Assembly (NCBI RefSeq): GCF_006345805.1
Contig: NC_043016.1
Span: forward strand, 30,628,001 to 30,692,000
DNA: 64,000 bases
Direction: 5' to 3'
Source of the DNA: Octopus sinensis
Lineage: Eukaryota
Shown here: positions 1 to 49,354 of the stretch, one piece after another
Layout: each line of letters starts with the position of its first letter
Numbering within the stretch: the stretch's first letter is position 1
The notes under the pieces: generated by a model
What the model was told of the DNA's origin: nothing
The model's database searches: none
Seen by the model: the letters and a program-made list of their open reading frames with translations, nothing else
Program-made: the position numbers and the translations under genes

Positions 1-23
1 AGGATTTGAATTCACAGGAAGAA
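1..23 (-). CDS. possible start of the next TOGARAM1 exon, running off the window edge
   Basis: T-rich tract and catttctag| acceptor at 24-27; the phase-1 continuation (V)LPVNSNP is open, but only 23 nt are visible. Confidence 0.3.
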
Positions 24-146
24 CTAGAAATGATTGAATAATAAACGGATAAACAAATAAATGACTGAATATGATATATCTCTAGTGAATAGACTTATTT
101 GTATTAAAAAATTTTAAAGAGAAACCTTTAAGTGATTTTAGACTGA

Positions 147-1110
147 ATGTCTGTGTGTGTGTGTGTGTGTATAAGTGCATGTGTGTATGCATGCGTGTGT
201 CCATGTGTGTGTGTATGTATGTGTGTAAGTGCATGTGTGTATGCATGCGTGTGTCCATGTGTGTGTGTATGTGTGTGTGTAAGTGCATATGTGTATGCAT
301 GCGTGTGTCCATGTGTGTGTGTATGTGTGTATGTGTGTGTATAAGTGCATGTGTGTATGCATGCGTGTGTCCATGTGTGTGTGTATGTGTGTGTATAAGT
401 GCATGTGTGTATGCATGCGTGTGTCCATGTGTGTGTGTATGTGTGTGTATAAGTGCATGTGTGTATGCATGCGTGTGTCCATGTGTGTGTGTATGTATGT
501 GTGTAAGTGCATGTGTGTATGCATGCGTGTGTCCATGTGTGTGTGTATGTGTGTGTGTAAGTGCATATGTGTATGCATGCGTGTGTCCATGTGTGTGTGT
601 ATGTGTGTGTATAAGTGCATGTGTGTATGCATGCGTGTGTCCATGTGTGTGTGTATGTGTGTGTATAAGTGCATGTGTGTATGCATGCGTGTGTCCATGT
701 GTGTGTGTATGTGTGTGTATAAGTGCATGTGTGTATGCATGCGTGTGTCCATGTGTGTGTGTATGTGTGTGTGTAAGTGCATATGTGTATGCATGCGTGT
801 GTCCATGTGTGTGTGTATGTGTGTATGTGTGTGTATAAGTGCATGTGTGTATGCATGCGTGTGTCCATGTGTGTGTGTATGTGTGTGTATAAGTGCATGT
901 GTGTATGCATGCGTGTGTCCATGTGTGTGTGTATGTGTGTGTATAAGTGCATGTGTGTATGCATGCGTGTGTCCATGTGTGTGTGTAAGTGCATGTGTGT
1001 ATGCATGCGTGTGTCCATGTGTGTGTGTATGTATGTATGTATGTATGTATGCATGCATGTGTGTATGCATGTGTATGTGCATGTTTGTAAGTGTGTGTGT
1101 AGTGTGCATA
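147..1110. repeat. 54-bp TG-based minisatellite, ~16 units, with higher-order variant pattern
   Basis: Anchor aagtgc recurs at 173, 227, 281, 343, 397, 451, 505, 559, 613, 667, 721, 775, 837, 891, 945 and 987 (period 54, twice 62, once 42). It produces all the HT/CV-rich ORFs. Confidence 0.97.
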
Positions 1111-1121
1111 TGCGTGAGTAT

Positions 1122-1374
1122 TTTGTAAATGTAGCGATAAGTTTTCACTGTGTATATTGGCTATAGACAATAGCCTAATATTGGGGCATATAAATCCATG
1201 ACAGAAAAATGGGTAATTAGTACACATAAGAACAAGTGGTGCTGGTTCAATTCACACATCTGCTAATATCTATTTTTTTCTATCATGGCTCTATATGCCC
1301 TGGTATTAGGCTATTTCCTACAGTCAATAATTATACAGTGGAAACTTGTAATTACATTTACAAAGTTATCACTC
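1122..1374. repeat. old ~100-bp inverted repeat (fold-back/MITE relic)
   Basis: 1122-1220 is the reverse complement of 1263-1374 at ~80% identity by eye, mostly transitions. Confidence 0.8.
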
Positions 1375-1631
1375 CTTTTCATTTCTTACCTTATGCAAAA
1401 TATGTATGCGCGTGTGCATGTGTATGTGTGTGTGTGTGTGTGTATGTGTGTGTGTGTGCGCGTGTGAACGTGTGTATGTGTGTGTGTATGTATGTATGTA
1501 TGTATGTATGTATGTATGCATGTATGTATGTATGCATGTATGTATGTATGTATGCATGTATGTATGTATTTATGTATGTATGTATATATTTATGTATGTA
1601 TGTATGTGTATATATTTATGTATGTATATAT

Positions 1632-2404
1632 CCAATTTCGCACATGTGCATTTTCTGTTTTTGATTTTTTTGACTACACAGTATAGTAGGGTCAGTTGGG
1701 CTCTATCCGTCAGAAAAATAGTACCACGAGGCAATTCACTCTGCCAGGAATTTGGAAACAACATGCTGCACTGCTTGGTATTCATGCCGGAAACTCCAAT
1801 ACAAACATTTCAGAATGTTTAGGTGTCAATCTGGGAACAGTGCTATCCAAGGACATACCGAGATTGATAAAAATCAAACTTCCAATCAACACGAAGGCCT
1901 ACATCAACTGCCTGGAGGAGGTAATGCTGCTCTGGATGAAGAGGGTGGTTGCTAGAAGACCCTATGTCTGGCAATAGGACTCTGTACCATACCACACAAG
2001 CAGGAGGACCCAGTCATGGCTGTCAGACAATTTCTGCGACCACATCACCCCTAACATCTGGCCACCTAACTCCTCAGACTGCAACCCCTTTGATTATTAT
2101 GTGTGGGGCACAGTTGAGCAAGAGATCAACAAAACTCCTTGTAACACCAAAGCTGCAACCGAAGGCAAGGATTATGGCAGCATTCATCCACTTCAACAAG
2201 AAGACCGTCCAAAAGATTTGCAGGAGATTCTGAAGTCGTCTGGAAGCCAGGGTTAAAGGCAATGGCGATTTTATTAAATAAATTTACTCTTTAGTATTTC
2301 AAGATATTTTTATGTAATTTTGGTAAATACATTTTTTTAAATGAGATGTCAGTGTTATTTTCATTTTAGCCTAATTTAAATGACAGTTTATTCACCACAC
2401 CCTG
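1632..2404 (+). mobile_element. internally deleted Tc1/mariner DD37D (maT-type) element, copy 1
   Basis: WQ*DSVPYHT...IWPPNSSDCNPFDYYV with 37 residues between the last two Asp; right end ...caccacaccctg|TA; colinear with 57010-57884. Confidence 0.85.
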
Positions 2405-2814
2405 TATGCACATATGTATACATATTTATATATACAATATATGTGAATACATATATATATATATATTTATACACACACATACACACACACATTTATTCGT
2501 TTTTGTTTGTTCAGAGGACAAAAACCACAAACTAAAGAAATAACATGATGCTGACTAATGGATGAATGATTTAAATAATCAAACAGTGTAAATTTACATT
2601 TGTCTGTCTTCTTTGGGAAGGTATCAAGCAATGGTGAAACACTATTTATAATTCTTATGTGCACCTGTCAAAGTCTACATAGAAGTAAAAAACACAGGTA
2701 AAAGCACCTGTGTGAGCTGGTGTTAGAATCTTATTAATCAAACTTGGTCAGTTTGCCATTTAAATATTTATGTTGAGATTGTTATTCTATCAGTGTTAAA
2801 TTTTTTCAGTTTGT

Positions 2815-2892
2815 ATCATCATCATCATCATCATCATCACCACCACCACCACCATCATCATCACCATCACCACCATCACCACCACCACCACC

Positions 2893-2923
<31 letters not shown>

Positions 2924-3004
2924 CCATCACCACCACCAACACCATCACCACCACCACCACCACCTCCATCATCATCATCACCATCACCACCACCACCACC
3001 ATCA
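2815..3004. repeat. (CAT)n/(CAC)n compound trinucleotide microsatellite
   Basis: Seen directly; source of the poly-His ORF. Confidence 0.97.
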
Positions 3005-3640
3005 GCTTTTATCATCCATTTTGCCATGCTAGCATGCATTGGACAGTTTGACTGTTAAGAAAACTGGTAAGCTGGGAAGTCACACCAGGTTCCAATCTGA
3101 CTTGGCATGGTTTCTATGGCTGGATGCCCTTCCTAACACCAATCGCTCCAAGAGTGTAATGGGTGTTTTTTTTATGTGCTGCTGGCGTGGGTGCCAGTTA
3201 TGCAACACCACCACCAGCAACAACTATGATCTCACTTGGCTTGACAGGTCTTCTCAAGCATGGCATATCACCAAAGGTCTCAGTCACTGGTCACTAGTCA
3301 CTGTGAGGCCCGATACTTGAACAGTGCTTTTTACATGCCATCTGCATGGGTACCAGGTATGAGACATTGGCATCGGCTATGACCACAATTTTACTTGGCT
3401 TGACAGGTCTTCACAAGCATGGCATATTACCCAACGTCTGAAGGGTGCCTTTTACATGCCACTGGCATGGGTGTCAGTGACATGACACCTGGCAAATGAT
3501 TTCATTTGGCTTGACAGGTCTTCACAAGCATGGCATATTACCCAAAGTTTGAAGGGTGCCTTTTATATGCCAGTTACACAACACTCACACCAGCCATAAC
3601 TATGATTCCACTTGGCTTCACAGGTCTTTGTCTATAACGT
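3000..3640 (-). mobile_element. RTE-family LINE 3' region fragments (ATG-tailed) with internal tandem repeats
   Basis: Reverse complement of the aggaagggcatccag...catgctagcatgg tail also seen at 44340 and 51150; the block acttggcttgacaggtcttc recurs about 4 times. Confidence 0.7.
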
Positions 3641-3732
3641 AATTATGTTTTCACTCCTGTGTACTTAGTATTCAAAGTTAAACGTTTGGTATAAAATATT
3701 TATGCTTAGACTGTAAAACAGATTTTTCATAC

Positions 3733-40544
<36,812 letters not shown>

Positions 40545-41183
40545 CTGGAAAAAAGTGTGCAAAGAAATACTCAATGTAGCAGCAGTGGACATTTATGTAG
40601 ATATAATAATTTATTACATAGACTAAATTTCTTGTGTGAAGAATTAAGTAACATTTTGTAAGCAGCCTTGAGGAGACAAACGTGCAAGAATTCAAATATA
40701 GTCAAAGTTAGTAGGTTGAAACTAAGTTACTTAAAGGTGAACTCAGAGTATACTAGAATATTGCTATCACTTCAGAGCTGATTGACTGTTATTCTCATTT
40801 CACATCTGATTGATATTTGTCTGATTTTGCAGGTGATGTATTACTCTGGTTTCACATCTGATTGGATACCAAGTGAAAAGAACTTACAAAAATATTAGTA
40901 TGGTTAAGAGGTTTGCTCTTGAACTACACACGGTTCCACAGTTGATTTTAAGTGCATAACATCTTGGGTAAATATTCTCTTTAGTAGGTTTTGGTTTACC
41001 AATTCCTTATGAGTAGAATTTGGTAGACTGAAAGTGCAGAAACCTGTCTCACAAACACATACATACACAACATCTACATATAGATATATATACAGATACA
41101 CATAAACATATATACATACACACAAACACACACACACACACATATGCACACACACACACAAATACACAGACACGCACACACAG

Positions 41184-41214
<31 letters not shown>

Positions 41215-41329
41215 TGTATGTATGTATGTATGTATGTATGTATGTATGTATGTATGTATGCATGCATATATGTATGTATGCATATATGTATGTCTCTTCT
41301 ATTTTTTAATTATTATAAATCTTCCACTC

Positions 41330-41545
41330 AGGAGAGGGCTGGTTTGCAACAAAGATACAAGGCTCCATCTTTGGGATGTAGTTAACACAAACAAATTCAC
41401 ATTTGGAACTTGAAAAAAGTCTTGCATATTTTTACTGTTCCACTCACAGATTGTACTTGTAATGTACGAATCAGCTGGTCAATTTCCCTTTTTGAAAATC
41501 CCAGTTTATCCAGATTCTGCTTTAAGCATTTATTAACAAAACCTA
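41330..41545 (-). mobile_element. RLE-type LINE extreme 3' end
   Basis: IGFVNKCLKQNLDKLGFSKREIDQLIRTLQVQSVSGTVKICKTFFKF* resembles the C-terminus of RLE LINE ORFs. Confidence 0.6.
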
Positions 41546-41624
41546 TGTATGTATGATGTATGTATGTATGTATGCATGCATGCATGTGTGTATGTATGTA
41601 TGTATGTATGTATGTATGTATAGT

Positions 41625-41948
41625 GAAGGTGCATGGCTCAGTGGTTAGAGCGTCGAACTAATGATCGTGAGGTTGTGAGTTCGATTCCCAGACTGGGCTG
41701 CGTGTTGTGTTCTTGAGCAAGACACTTTATTTCACGTTGCTCCAGTTAACTCATCTGTAGAAATGATGTCACTGGTGCCAAGCTGTATTGGAGCCTTTGC
41801 CTTTCCCTTGGATAACATCAGTGCTGTGGAGAGGGGAGGCTGGTATGCATGGGCGACTACTGATCTTCCATAAACAACCTTGCCCGGACTTGTGCCTGGG
41901 AGGTTAACTTTCTAGGTGCCATCCTATGGTCATTCATAACCGAAGGGA
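41625..41948 (+). mobile_element. SINE family C, full length
   Basis: A-box tggctcagtggttagag, B-box ggttgtgagttcgattccc, core cttgagcaagacactttatttcacgttgctccag. Confidence 0.9.
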
Positions 41949-43394
41949 CTCTCCTCCTCATGTATGTATAAAGACAAAATGTTTATTATGATTCAGTAAC
42001 CTACAGGGGTTTGTCTTTTATTCACAGTCATAATATGGGAAACATTTTTAATGAAACAAAATTATTTAAAATATATTTTAAAATATCGCCTGAATATATG
42101 ACACTCATTGTTTTTAACTACATCCAAGCTCCGATCCACACATCTCAGAATACCCAGACATAAGAATATATCTATCTACAATAGCCCAGAAGACTACTAA
42201 GATACCATCCATCTTTACATTCTAAGTTCAAATTCCACTGATGTCAGCTTTGCCTTTCATCCTTCTGGGGTCAATTAAATAAGGTGGTGAGCTGGCAGAA
42301 TTGTTAGTATGCCGGGCAAAATGCTTAGCTGCATTTTGTCTGTCTTTATGTTCTGAATTCAAATTCTGCTGAGGTCAACATTGTCTTTCATCCTTTCGGG
42401 GTCAATAAATTAAGTACCAGTTGTGTACTGAGGTCGATCTAATCGAATGGCCCCCTCCCCCAAAATTTCAAACCTTGTACCTAGAGTAGAAAAGAATTAA
42501 TAAGTACCAGTGGAGTAATGGGGTCGATGTAATCAACTTACCCTCACCCCCAAAATTGCCGGCCTTGTGCCAAAATTTGTTTTTCATCCCTTTGCTGGTA
42601 GTGGTGGGTCAATAAAATAAAGAGCAGTTGAGAATTGAGGTCAATGTAATCAACTTTCCTTCCCTCCTGAACTTGCTGGCCTTGTGCCAAATTTTGAAAC
42701 AATTATAATAGGATGCAGAAGAGCAACAACCGTCACATGTCAATTCAGTTTGCTATGTGGCCAGTAACACAAGACAAGCCAACTAGAAATTCTATGAAGA
42801 TGCTTGACCTGCCGGAAATAGCAGCCAAATCTCCCTGAAATCACTGTCTTAGAAAAGGACTCATTAGAAAATGTAGTCCCTGATATACAAAAACACAGAA
42901 TGATCACAAGGAGAACATCTTTGATCAGACTGATAATCAAAAGTATTTCAGCTTTTGATTATAGGTCTGACCAAACCATTTTTTTAGAAGTATCTAATAC
43001 ATACCATCTATTGAAAGGGGATTTGGCAGTTATTTCTAACATATCAAATTACCACATAGAGTCTCCTGCCAAACTACTTTTAGTAATTTGCTGAGTTTGT
43101 AAACAAATTTGGAGAAAGGGAATCGTGGCTTCATCAAAGCGGATTCAATCAGGTTGAGTAATTGAACAACACTCTCAGCCAGACCCTGCCATGATATACT
43201 GTGCCACTGATAAAATAAGAACCATTAACTTATTGGAATAACTAAATCATTAATTGGTTTGGAATTTCTTGCTAATTGTTACTGTTATCACATCATCCCA
43301 TCCTATGTTATTGTAATCATCCCTGATGAGAGAACAGTAACACAAAGTCAGCTATATAAAAACGTGCAAAGTACGAGAGCAAGTTAAATATTTT

Positions 43395-43710
43395 ACTCTT
43401 TACTCTTTTACTTGTTTCAGTCATTTGACTGTGGCCATGCTGGAGCACCGCCTTTAGTTGAGCAAATTGACCCCAGGACTTATTCTTTGTAAGCCTAGTA
43501 CTTATTCTATCGGTCACACAAACATACACACACACATATATACATATATACGATGTACTTCTTTCAGTTTCCGTCTACCAAATCCACTCAAAGGCTTTGG
43601 TCGGCCCGAGGCTATAGTATAAGACATTTGCCCAAGGTGCCACGCAATGGGATTGAACCCGGAACCATGTGGTTGGTAAGCAAGCTACTTACCACACAGC
43701 CACTCCTACA
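43395..43710 (-). mobile_element. SINE family A, internally deleted
   Basis: Reverse complement of the family-A head and tail. Confidence 0.9.
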
Positions 43711-44307
43711 CCTTACTATTTATAGGTGTTAATTATTGAATCTAATCATCTCAGTTAGATTCAAACAACAAGGAGACACAAAAAGATATGATAGCTCTTT
43801 CATGTAGGAGGAGAAAAAAAACAAAGCTAAAAATAAACAGTTTACTTTAAAGGAACCATATTACAATAATTAAAATTAGCCATTAAAAGCAGAACATATA
43901 CAAGTCGTACAAATTGTCTTTATATCAACAATGGAGAATAGTCTCAAAGATATCTGGATGAGATTATTAATTAACCAAATGAGGATCAAAATCCACACAT
44001 CTCTTTAGAAGCAATAAGAGATTTCTTTGAAAAAGATATTAATCCTTTTTACTGTAGAAATCTGATATATCCACTCAAAATTTCAGTCTCTCTAACTGCA
44101 GAAAGCAGTTTTATGTCCCAATCTATCTTTTGTTGAGGAATGTCATGTTTGGAACTACATTTTGTCGGGATATGTCAGTTCATTGAGGCAACGTGACTTG
44201 CAGAAAATACCAATTCTGTTTTTTGGCAGATATTTAGCATATATGTGTGGAAGAGAAACTGGTCATCTATATATATATATATGTGTGTATATATATATAT
44301 ATATGTG

Positions 44308-44339
<32 letters not shown>

Positions 44340-44531
44340 GGTGGCACGTAAAAAGCACCCACTACACTCTCGGAGTGGTTGGCGTTAGGAAGGGCATCCA
44401 GCCGTAGAAACACTGCCAGATCAGACTGGGCCTGATGCAGCCTTCTGGCTTCACAGACCCCAGTTGAACCATCCAACCCATGCTAGCATGGAAAGCGGAC
44501 GTTAAATGATGATGATGATGATGATGATGAT
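44340..44531 (+). mobile_element. 5'-truncated RTE-type 3' tail with (ATG)n end
   Basis: gtggcacgtaaaaagcacccactacactctcggagtggttggcgttaggaagggcatccag...(gat)n. Confidence 0.85.
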
Positions 44532-45390
44532 TGCTGGAATAACAATGAAATTTAATTTTGCAGTGAAGGAGTTAAGGAAGTGAACCATTATCACCAGAAT
44601 ACACAAACAGCAGAATGTAAAAAAAAAAAATAGGAAGGTTAATTATTAGTTTGCTATTGTCTGGAATCTACAACAATTGTATAAATTTAAATTTTAAACG
44701 TTAGATGCTTAAGTTTGGGTTCAAACAACAATGACTTTTGAATAAACTCTAAATTAATTCAAGTGACAGGCGTTTTGAATAATATAGCGGATGTAATTGC
44801 ACTATTCAACTATAGGGATGTGATGTCAACAATCAAGGGCCCTGACCAGAACAAAAAGGGTGAGAAGGGAAGTGAGGGAAGGAAGACCAGGGACATGAAC
44901 AGACATGAGGAGAGCAAGCTAGAGGGATTGGCATTAGTAGCTGCTTTCGTCAGGTGTGATGGGTAGGGCACAAATTTTGGACTTCGTACAGCTGGGTGGC
45001 AGACAACGAGGAGATAGATGAACCAGTTTTTATTTCCCCACATCACAGTTCCCTCATACAACAAGCTATTTTGGCAGCAATCTCTGCTGCCCCTTTGGTT
45101 TGAACCCTCTTTTCATTGGTCACCATTGATCCTACCCAGCCAAGCATTTTGCAATTAAGACTGCAGTAAACATTTAGAAGGTAAAAATATCTTCAGGGCA
45201 AAAATTGACACATAGCCATTCAAATATTTGCCCCGAGGAGATTTTGACCTTCATGAAAGTAAGAAATTGAAATGTATGTACACCATATGAAATTGACTAT
45301 TATATAAATGAATTGATTTTTTTTCTGTGTTCAAACACTCCATTTTCCTTATATTATATATATATACATACACAAACACACACACACACA

Positions 45391-45558
45391 AGGGTGTGCT
45401 GAAAAGTTCCAGTAAAAGAAAATACAGGAGGATCAGTTAATTATGATTTTATTTAACATATTCCCCTCTCAGATTCATACACTTATTGCAGTGGTCCTTC
45501 AGTTTTTTTTCAAGCCCTATAAAAGAACTCAGAAGGTGGGCCTCCAACCAAGTCTTTC
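45391..45558 (-). mobile_element. mariner transposon right end (TIR plus transposase C-terminus)
   Basis: The minus strand gives ...LKDHCNKCMNLRGEYVK*-like sequence; ends in the gggtgtgctgaaaagttcc TIR. Confidence 0.65.
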
Positions 45559-46269
45559 ATGGTAACTTTAACGCCAGAAACTTCTCAGAACCCCTTCGTA
45601 TATCTACTCTCTTTTCCTAAGGATCCTACAATGTGGAGGAGTCTTTTTCTTTTCCTCCACACATCTCTGCACACAAACTTTACTAACATTTCATATCCTT
45701 TCCTTTTTTTTATTGCTAATAAATCTGTCATAATAATACTAGGCTTTCAATCCATCTACTTTGAATTACAAATAGGGTTTTTAGGAATAACTGTGTTGAT
45801 CCATCTCACATGATCTAACTTTGTTCATAAAACCAAACGAGGGTGAAGGCTTGTCATTTATTAAAGGATGTGCATTTTATGCACACCACAGTGTGGGTTG
45901 GAAGGACTTCAGTAAATTTACAGATTACAAAGCCAAGCTGTGGAGGGAATAAGAATATAAGCACATGCTCTCTATACAAAAGTATGTGTGGGAAAAAAAA
46001 AGTGATGGCTGTCTCCTGTTTGACCATTTCACAGTTTGTTGAATTGAATCTATTTTGGATTTCTGGTCTCCTTGATCTTTGACCAGACACACACACACAC
46101 AATAGATACATACATACACATATACATCTTAGCTGCTTTCTTGTGTATGAGCAAAACCATTGCTAGAAAGAATCATTGAAATGAGTCATGGACGAGAGAG
46201 TAAGGTTGACATTGTGCAACTCTACTTCATTTTAAAACAAGTCACTGTACATATGTATGTATCTACATT

Positions 46270-46342
<73 letters not shown>

Positions 46343-46501
46343 GTATATATCTATATATATATATCTATGACATTAGGAAGGGCATCCAGCCATAGAAACT
46401 ATGCCAAATCAGACTGATGTCTGGTGCAGCTTCCAGCTTGCTAGCTCTGGTCAAACTGTCCAATCCATACCAGCATGGACAACAAATGTTAAATGATGAT
46501 G

Positions 46502-46573
<72 letters not shown>

Positions 46574-47473
46574 CATATATATATATGTATATATATATAG
46601 ATGAGGAGAAATGTGTGAAGAAGTGCCACTCCCAAACAGTTGAAGGAATCCAGGGTAGAGGTAGACCCAGGAAGACATGGGATGTGGTGGTCAAGTATGA
46701 CCTTCGAACGTTGGGCCTCACAGAGGCAATGACAAAAGACCGAGACCTCTGAAGATATGCTGTGATTGTGAAGACCCGACAAATAACACGAGTTCATAGC
46801 TGTTTCCTGCACCAGCTTCACATAGCCAGCCCCAGCCCATCCCATCCAAAGTACCTTGAATCGCAGGACAGCCTGCTGTGCTTACCTTGGATCATAGGTC
46901 AACCTGCTGTGCTTGAGGAGACCTATTGAGTCAAGTACATCAACATCAAAATAAAAATCAAATAGAAATTGTAGTAGTGATACCCATGCCAGTGGCATGT
47001 AAAAAGCACCAACCGATCATGGCCATTGCCAGCCTACCCTGGTCCCTGCGCCAGTGGCACGTAAAAAGCACCCACTACACTCACGGAGTGGTTGGCGCTA
47101 GGAAGGTCATCCAGCTGTAGAAACACTGCCAGATCAGACTGGAGCCTGGTGCAGCCTCCTGGCTTCCCAGACCCATGCTAGCATAGAAAACGTCAGAATA
47201 TAGCTGCCTTAGTGGTGTGCTGATGGAATTGGTAGAGCATCAGTCAAAATGCTTGTGGTTTTTAGGTAAGGCACTTTACTTTTCGAAGGTAAATCCCACT
47301 GAGATCAAATCTGATTTTCATCTCTCCTTTTTAAGATGATAAAATAAATCATCAGTTGAGTAGTGTGATTGATTTAATATTCCTGTGAAGAATTTTATGT
47401 AGGAATGGAAATATAATAGACTAGCTTAAAAGCCACCACCCCCTTCCCCGCCTATTGGGAAGCTTTTAAGCTA

Positions 47474-47646
47474 ATGTAAAAAACACCCACTACACTCGCG
47501 GAGTGGTTGGCGTTAGGAAGGGCATCCAGCCGTAGAAACACTGCCAGATCTGACTGGGCCTGACGAAGCCTTCCAGCTTCACAGACCCCAGTTGACCCGT
47601 CCAACCCATGCTAGCATGGAAAGCGGACGCTAAATGATAATGATAT
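47474..47646 (+). mobile_element. young 5'-truncated RTE-type tail with a 13-bp TSD
   Basis: agcttttaagcta at 47461-47473 and 47647-47659. Confidence 0.92.
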
Positions 47647-47840
47647 AGCTTTTAAGCTACTGACTGCAGATGGGGAAGATCTGCAAACAGATCTCTGACT
47701 TATTTTGGAGAATTTGTTGCAATTACTTCCTTTAGAGTCATAATCCCAATGATGATCATATTTGTCACACAAAAAAAATCACTGAAAATAATCTCTGGAT
47801 TTCACAATTAATTTGATTATTCCCAAAATTTATTTCCAAG

Positions 47841-48118
47841 TTATAAAAATTGTTATCATGCAAAAAAAGTTCGCATAAAACATCACATAAAAGTATTGCC
47901 ATAAACAATCGCAGTAATGAAAACTTAGGAATCCAAAATTTTAGGATTGTGGGTCTGGATTCGGCCCAGAATGTTTTTAATTTAATCATGGAGTTGGCCT
48001 TTAGATTATAAAAATTGTTATCATACAAAAAAATTTGCTGCAAAAAGTCATGTAAAAAAAAATCACCGTAAACAATTGCAGTAACGAAAACTTGAGAATT
48101 CAAAATTTCAGGATTGTG
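47841..48118. repeat. ~110-bp diverged direct duplication
   Basis: ttataaaaattgttatcat...caaaatttcaggattgtg at 47841-47950 and 48006-48118. Confidence 0.8.
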
Positions 48119-48193
48119 TGTGGGTGTGTCTGTGTGTGTGTGTGTGTGTGCGGGTTTTTGTGTGTGTGTGTGTGTGTGTGTGCGGGTTTTTGT

Positions 48194-48232
<39 letters not shown>

Positions 48233-49354
48233 TTGGTGTTTGTCTCCTCACTACCACTTGACAAGTGATGTTGGTTTGTTTATGCTCCCATAACTTAGTG
48301 GTTCAACAAAAGAGACCAATAAAATAAGTACTAGGTTTAAAATGAATTTGTTCAGCCCAAAAAATAAAAAAAGAAGCCTTCAAGGAGTCTCCCCCATCTC
48401 CCGCCCGGTATTGCCACAGACTGAAACAAGTAAAAGATAAAAATAAAAATTACAAAAAAAGAAAAAAAGACTAAAATTGGCATTCGGTACAATATATAAG
48501 CTCAAAAGCTAAACAAAACCAGCATTGCCAAAATCTAGGAAACATAGAAAGAATACAATGGAGAAACAATGAAGAACGAATGGCAAAATAAGCTCATCAA
48601 AGAGAAGACTCCTTTAATAATAGATAATCTGGCTTTGACAAAGCTTGCATAGATAATCATCTTGATAGACAATTAAAAGAGAGCACTTGTATTTACAGTA
48701 AAAACTTCAGTGTCTTTTCACATGTCGCAACAAGAAAAATCCTTTTTGTTCTTTTGTTTTGCTTTGTTTTTGCTTTTATTTTTTTCTTCTTCTTTCTTTT
48801 TTTTTTTTCTCTTTTAATGAAGACATCAAATTGGCATGCCGAGAGTGTGTGGAATATGGCAAAATGCTACAATATCTACAATGAAGTTCATGAATTTGGT
48901 GATGTTTGAATGCTGTGTGTATGTGTGTGTATGGGGTGGGGGGGGGAGACGAGCTCTTGGACACCTCAGAAGTGACACTTCATTTGAGAAGCATGACAAA
49001 GTGGCAGTCACCAAAATATCAGGTTTCTTTCCTTAGAATTTGCCTGTTTTACCTGTTAGAACATTTCTACATTGGGTGCCTGATTCTAACTACGATAGAT
49101 TATATTTATATGCACTATAAAGCATTGGAGCACTGCTGTCGGAATATCTTGATACTAGGCAGAGAAGACAATGAAGGAGTCTTTACATGACCACTTGGCC
49201 TGCTAGAATTAGCAGCTAAATCTCCCTGAAAGCAATACCCTAATTACTTGAAAACATTGGACAATGTAGTTCTAGATGAGTATTGCAGGATCTGGGGTCA
49301 ACTAACAAGAATGATTCTGATATTAAATCAAAATGATCTAAGGATTATAATTTT

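Noticed and set aside
82-1227. Long His/Thr- and Cys/Val-rich ORFs (up to 381 aa) in several frames
   Set aside because: Translations of the TG minisatellite; RY-alternating repeats lack stop codons, and there are no splice signals or domain content.
2467-2664. Possible terminal exon after acceptor ctttgacag (GAHKNYK*)
   Set aside because: It would end the protein before the TOG3/TOG4 domains expected in this family; there is no supporting similarity, and a better-phased candidate exists at the window edge.
2793-3039. Poly-His / poly-Gly-Asp ORFs
   Set aside because: A (CAT/CAC)n microsatellite merging into a LINE (ATG)n tail.
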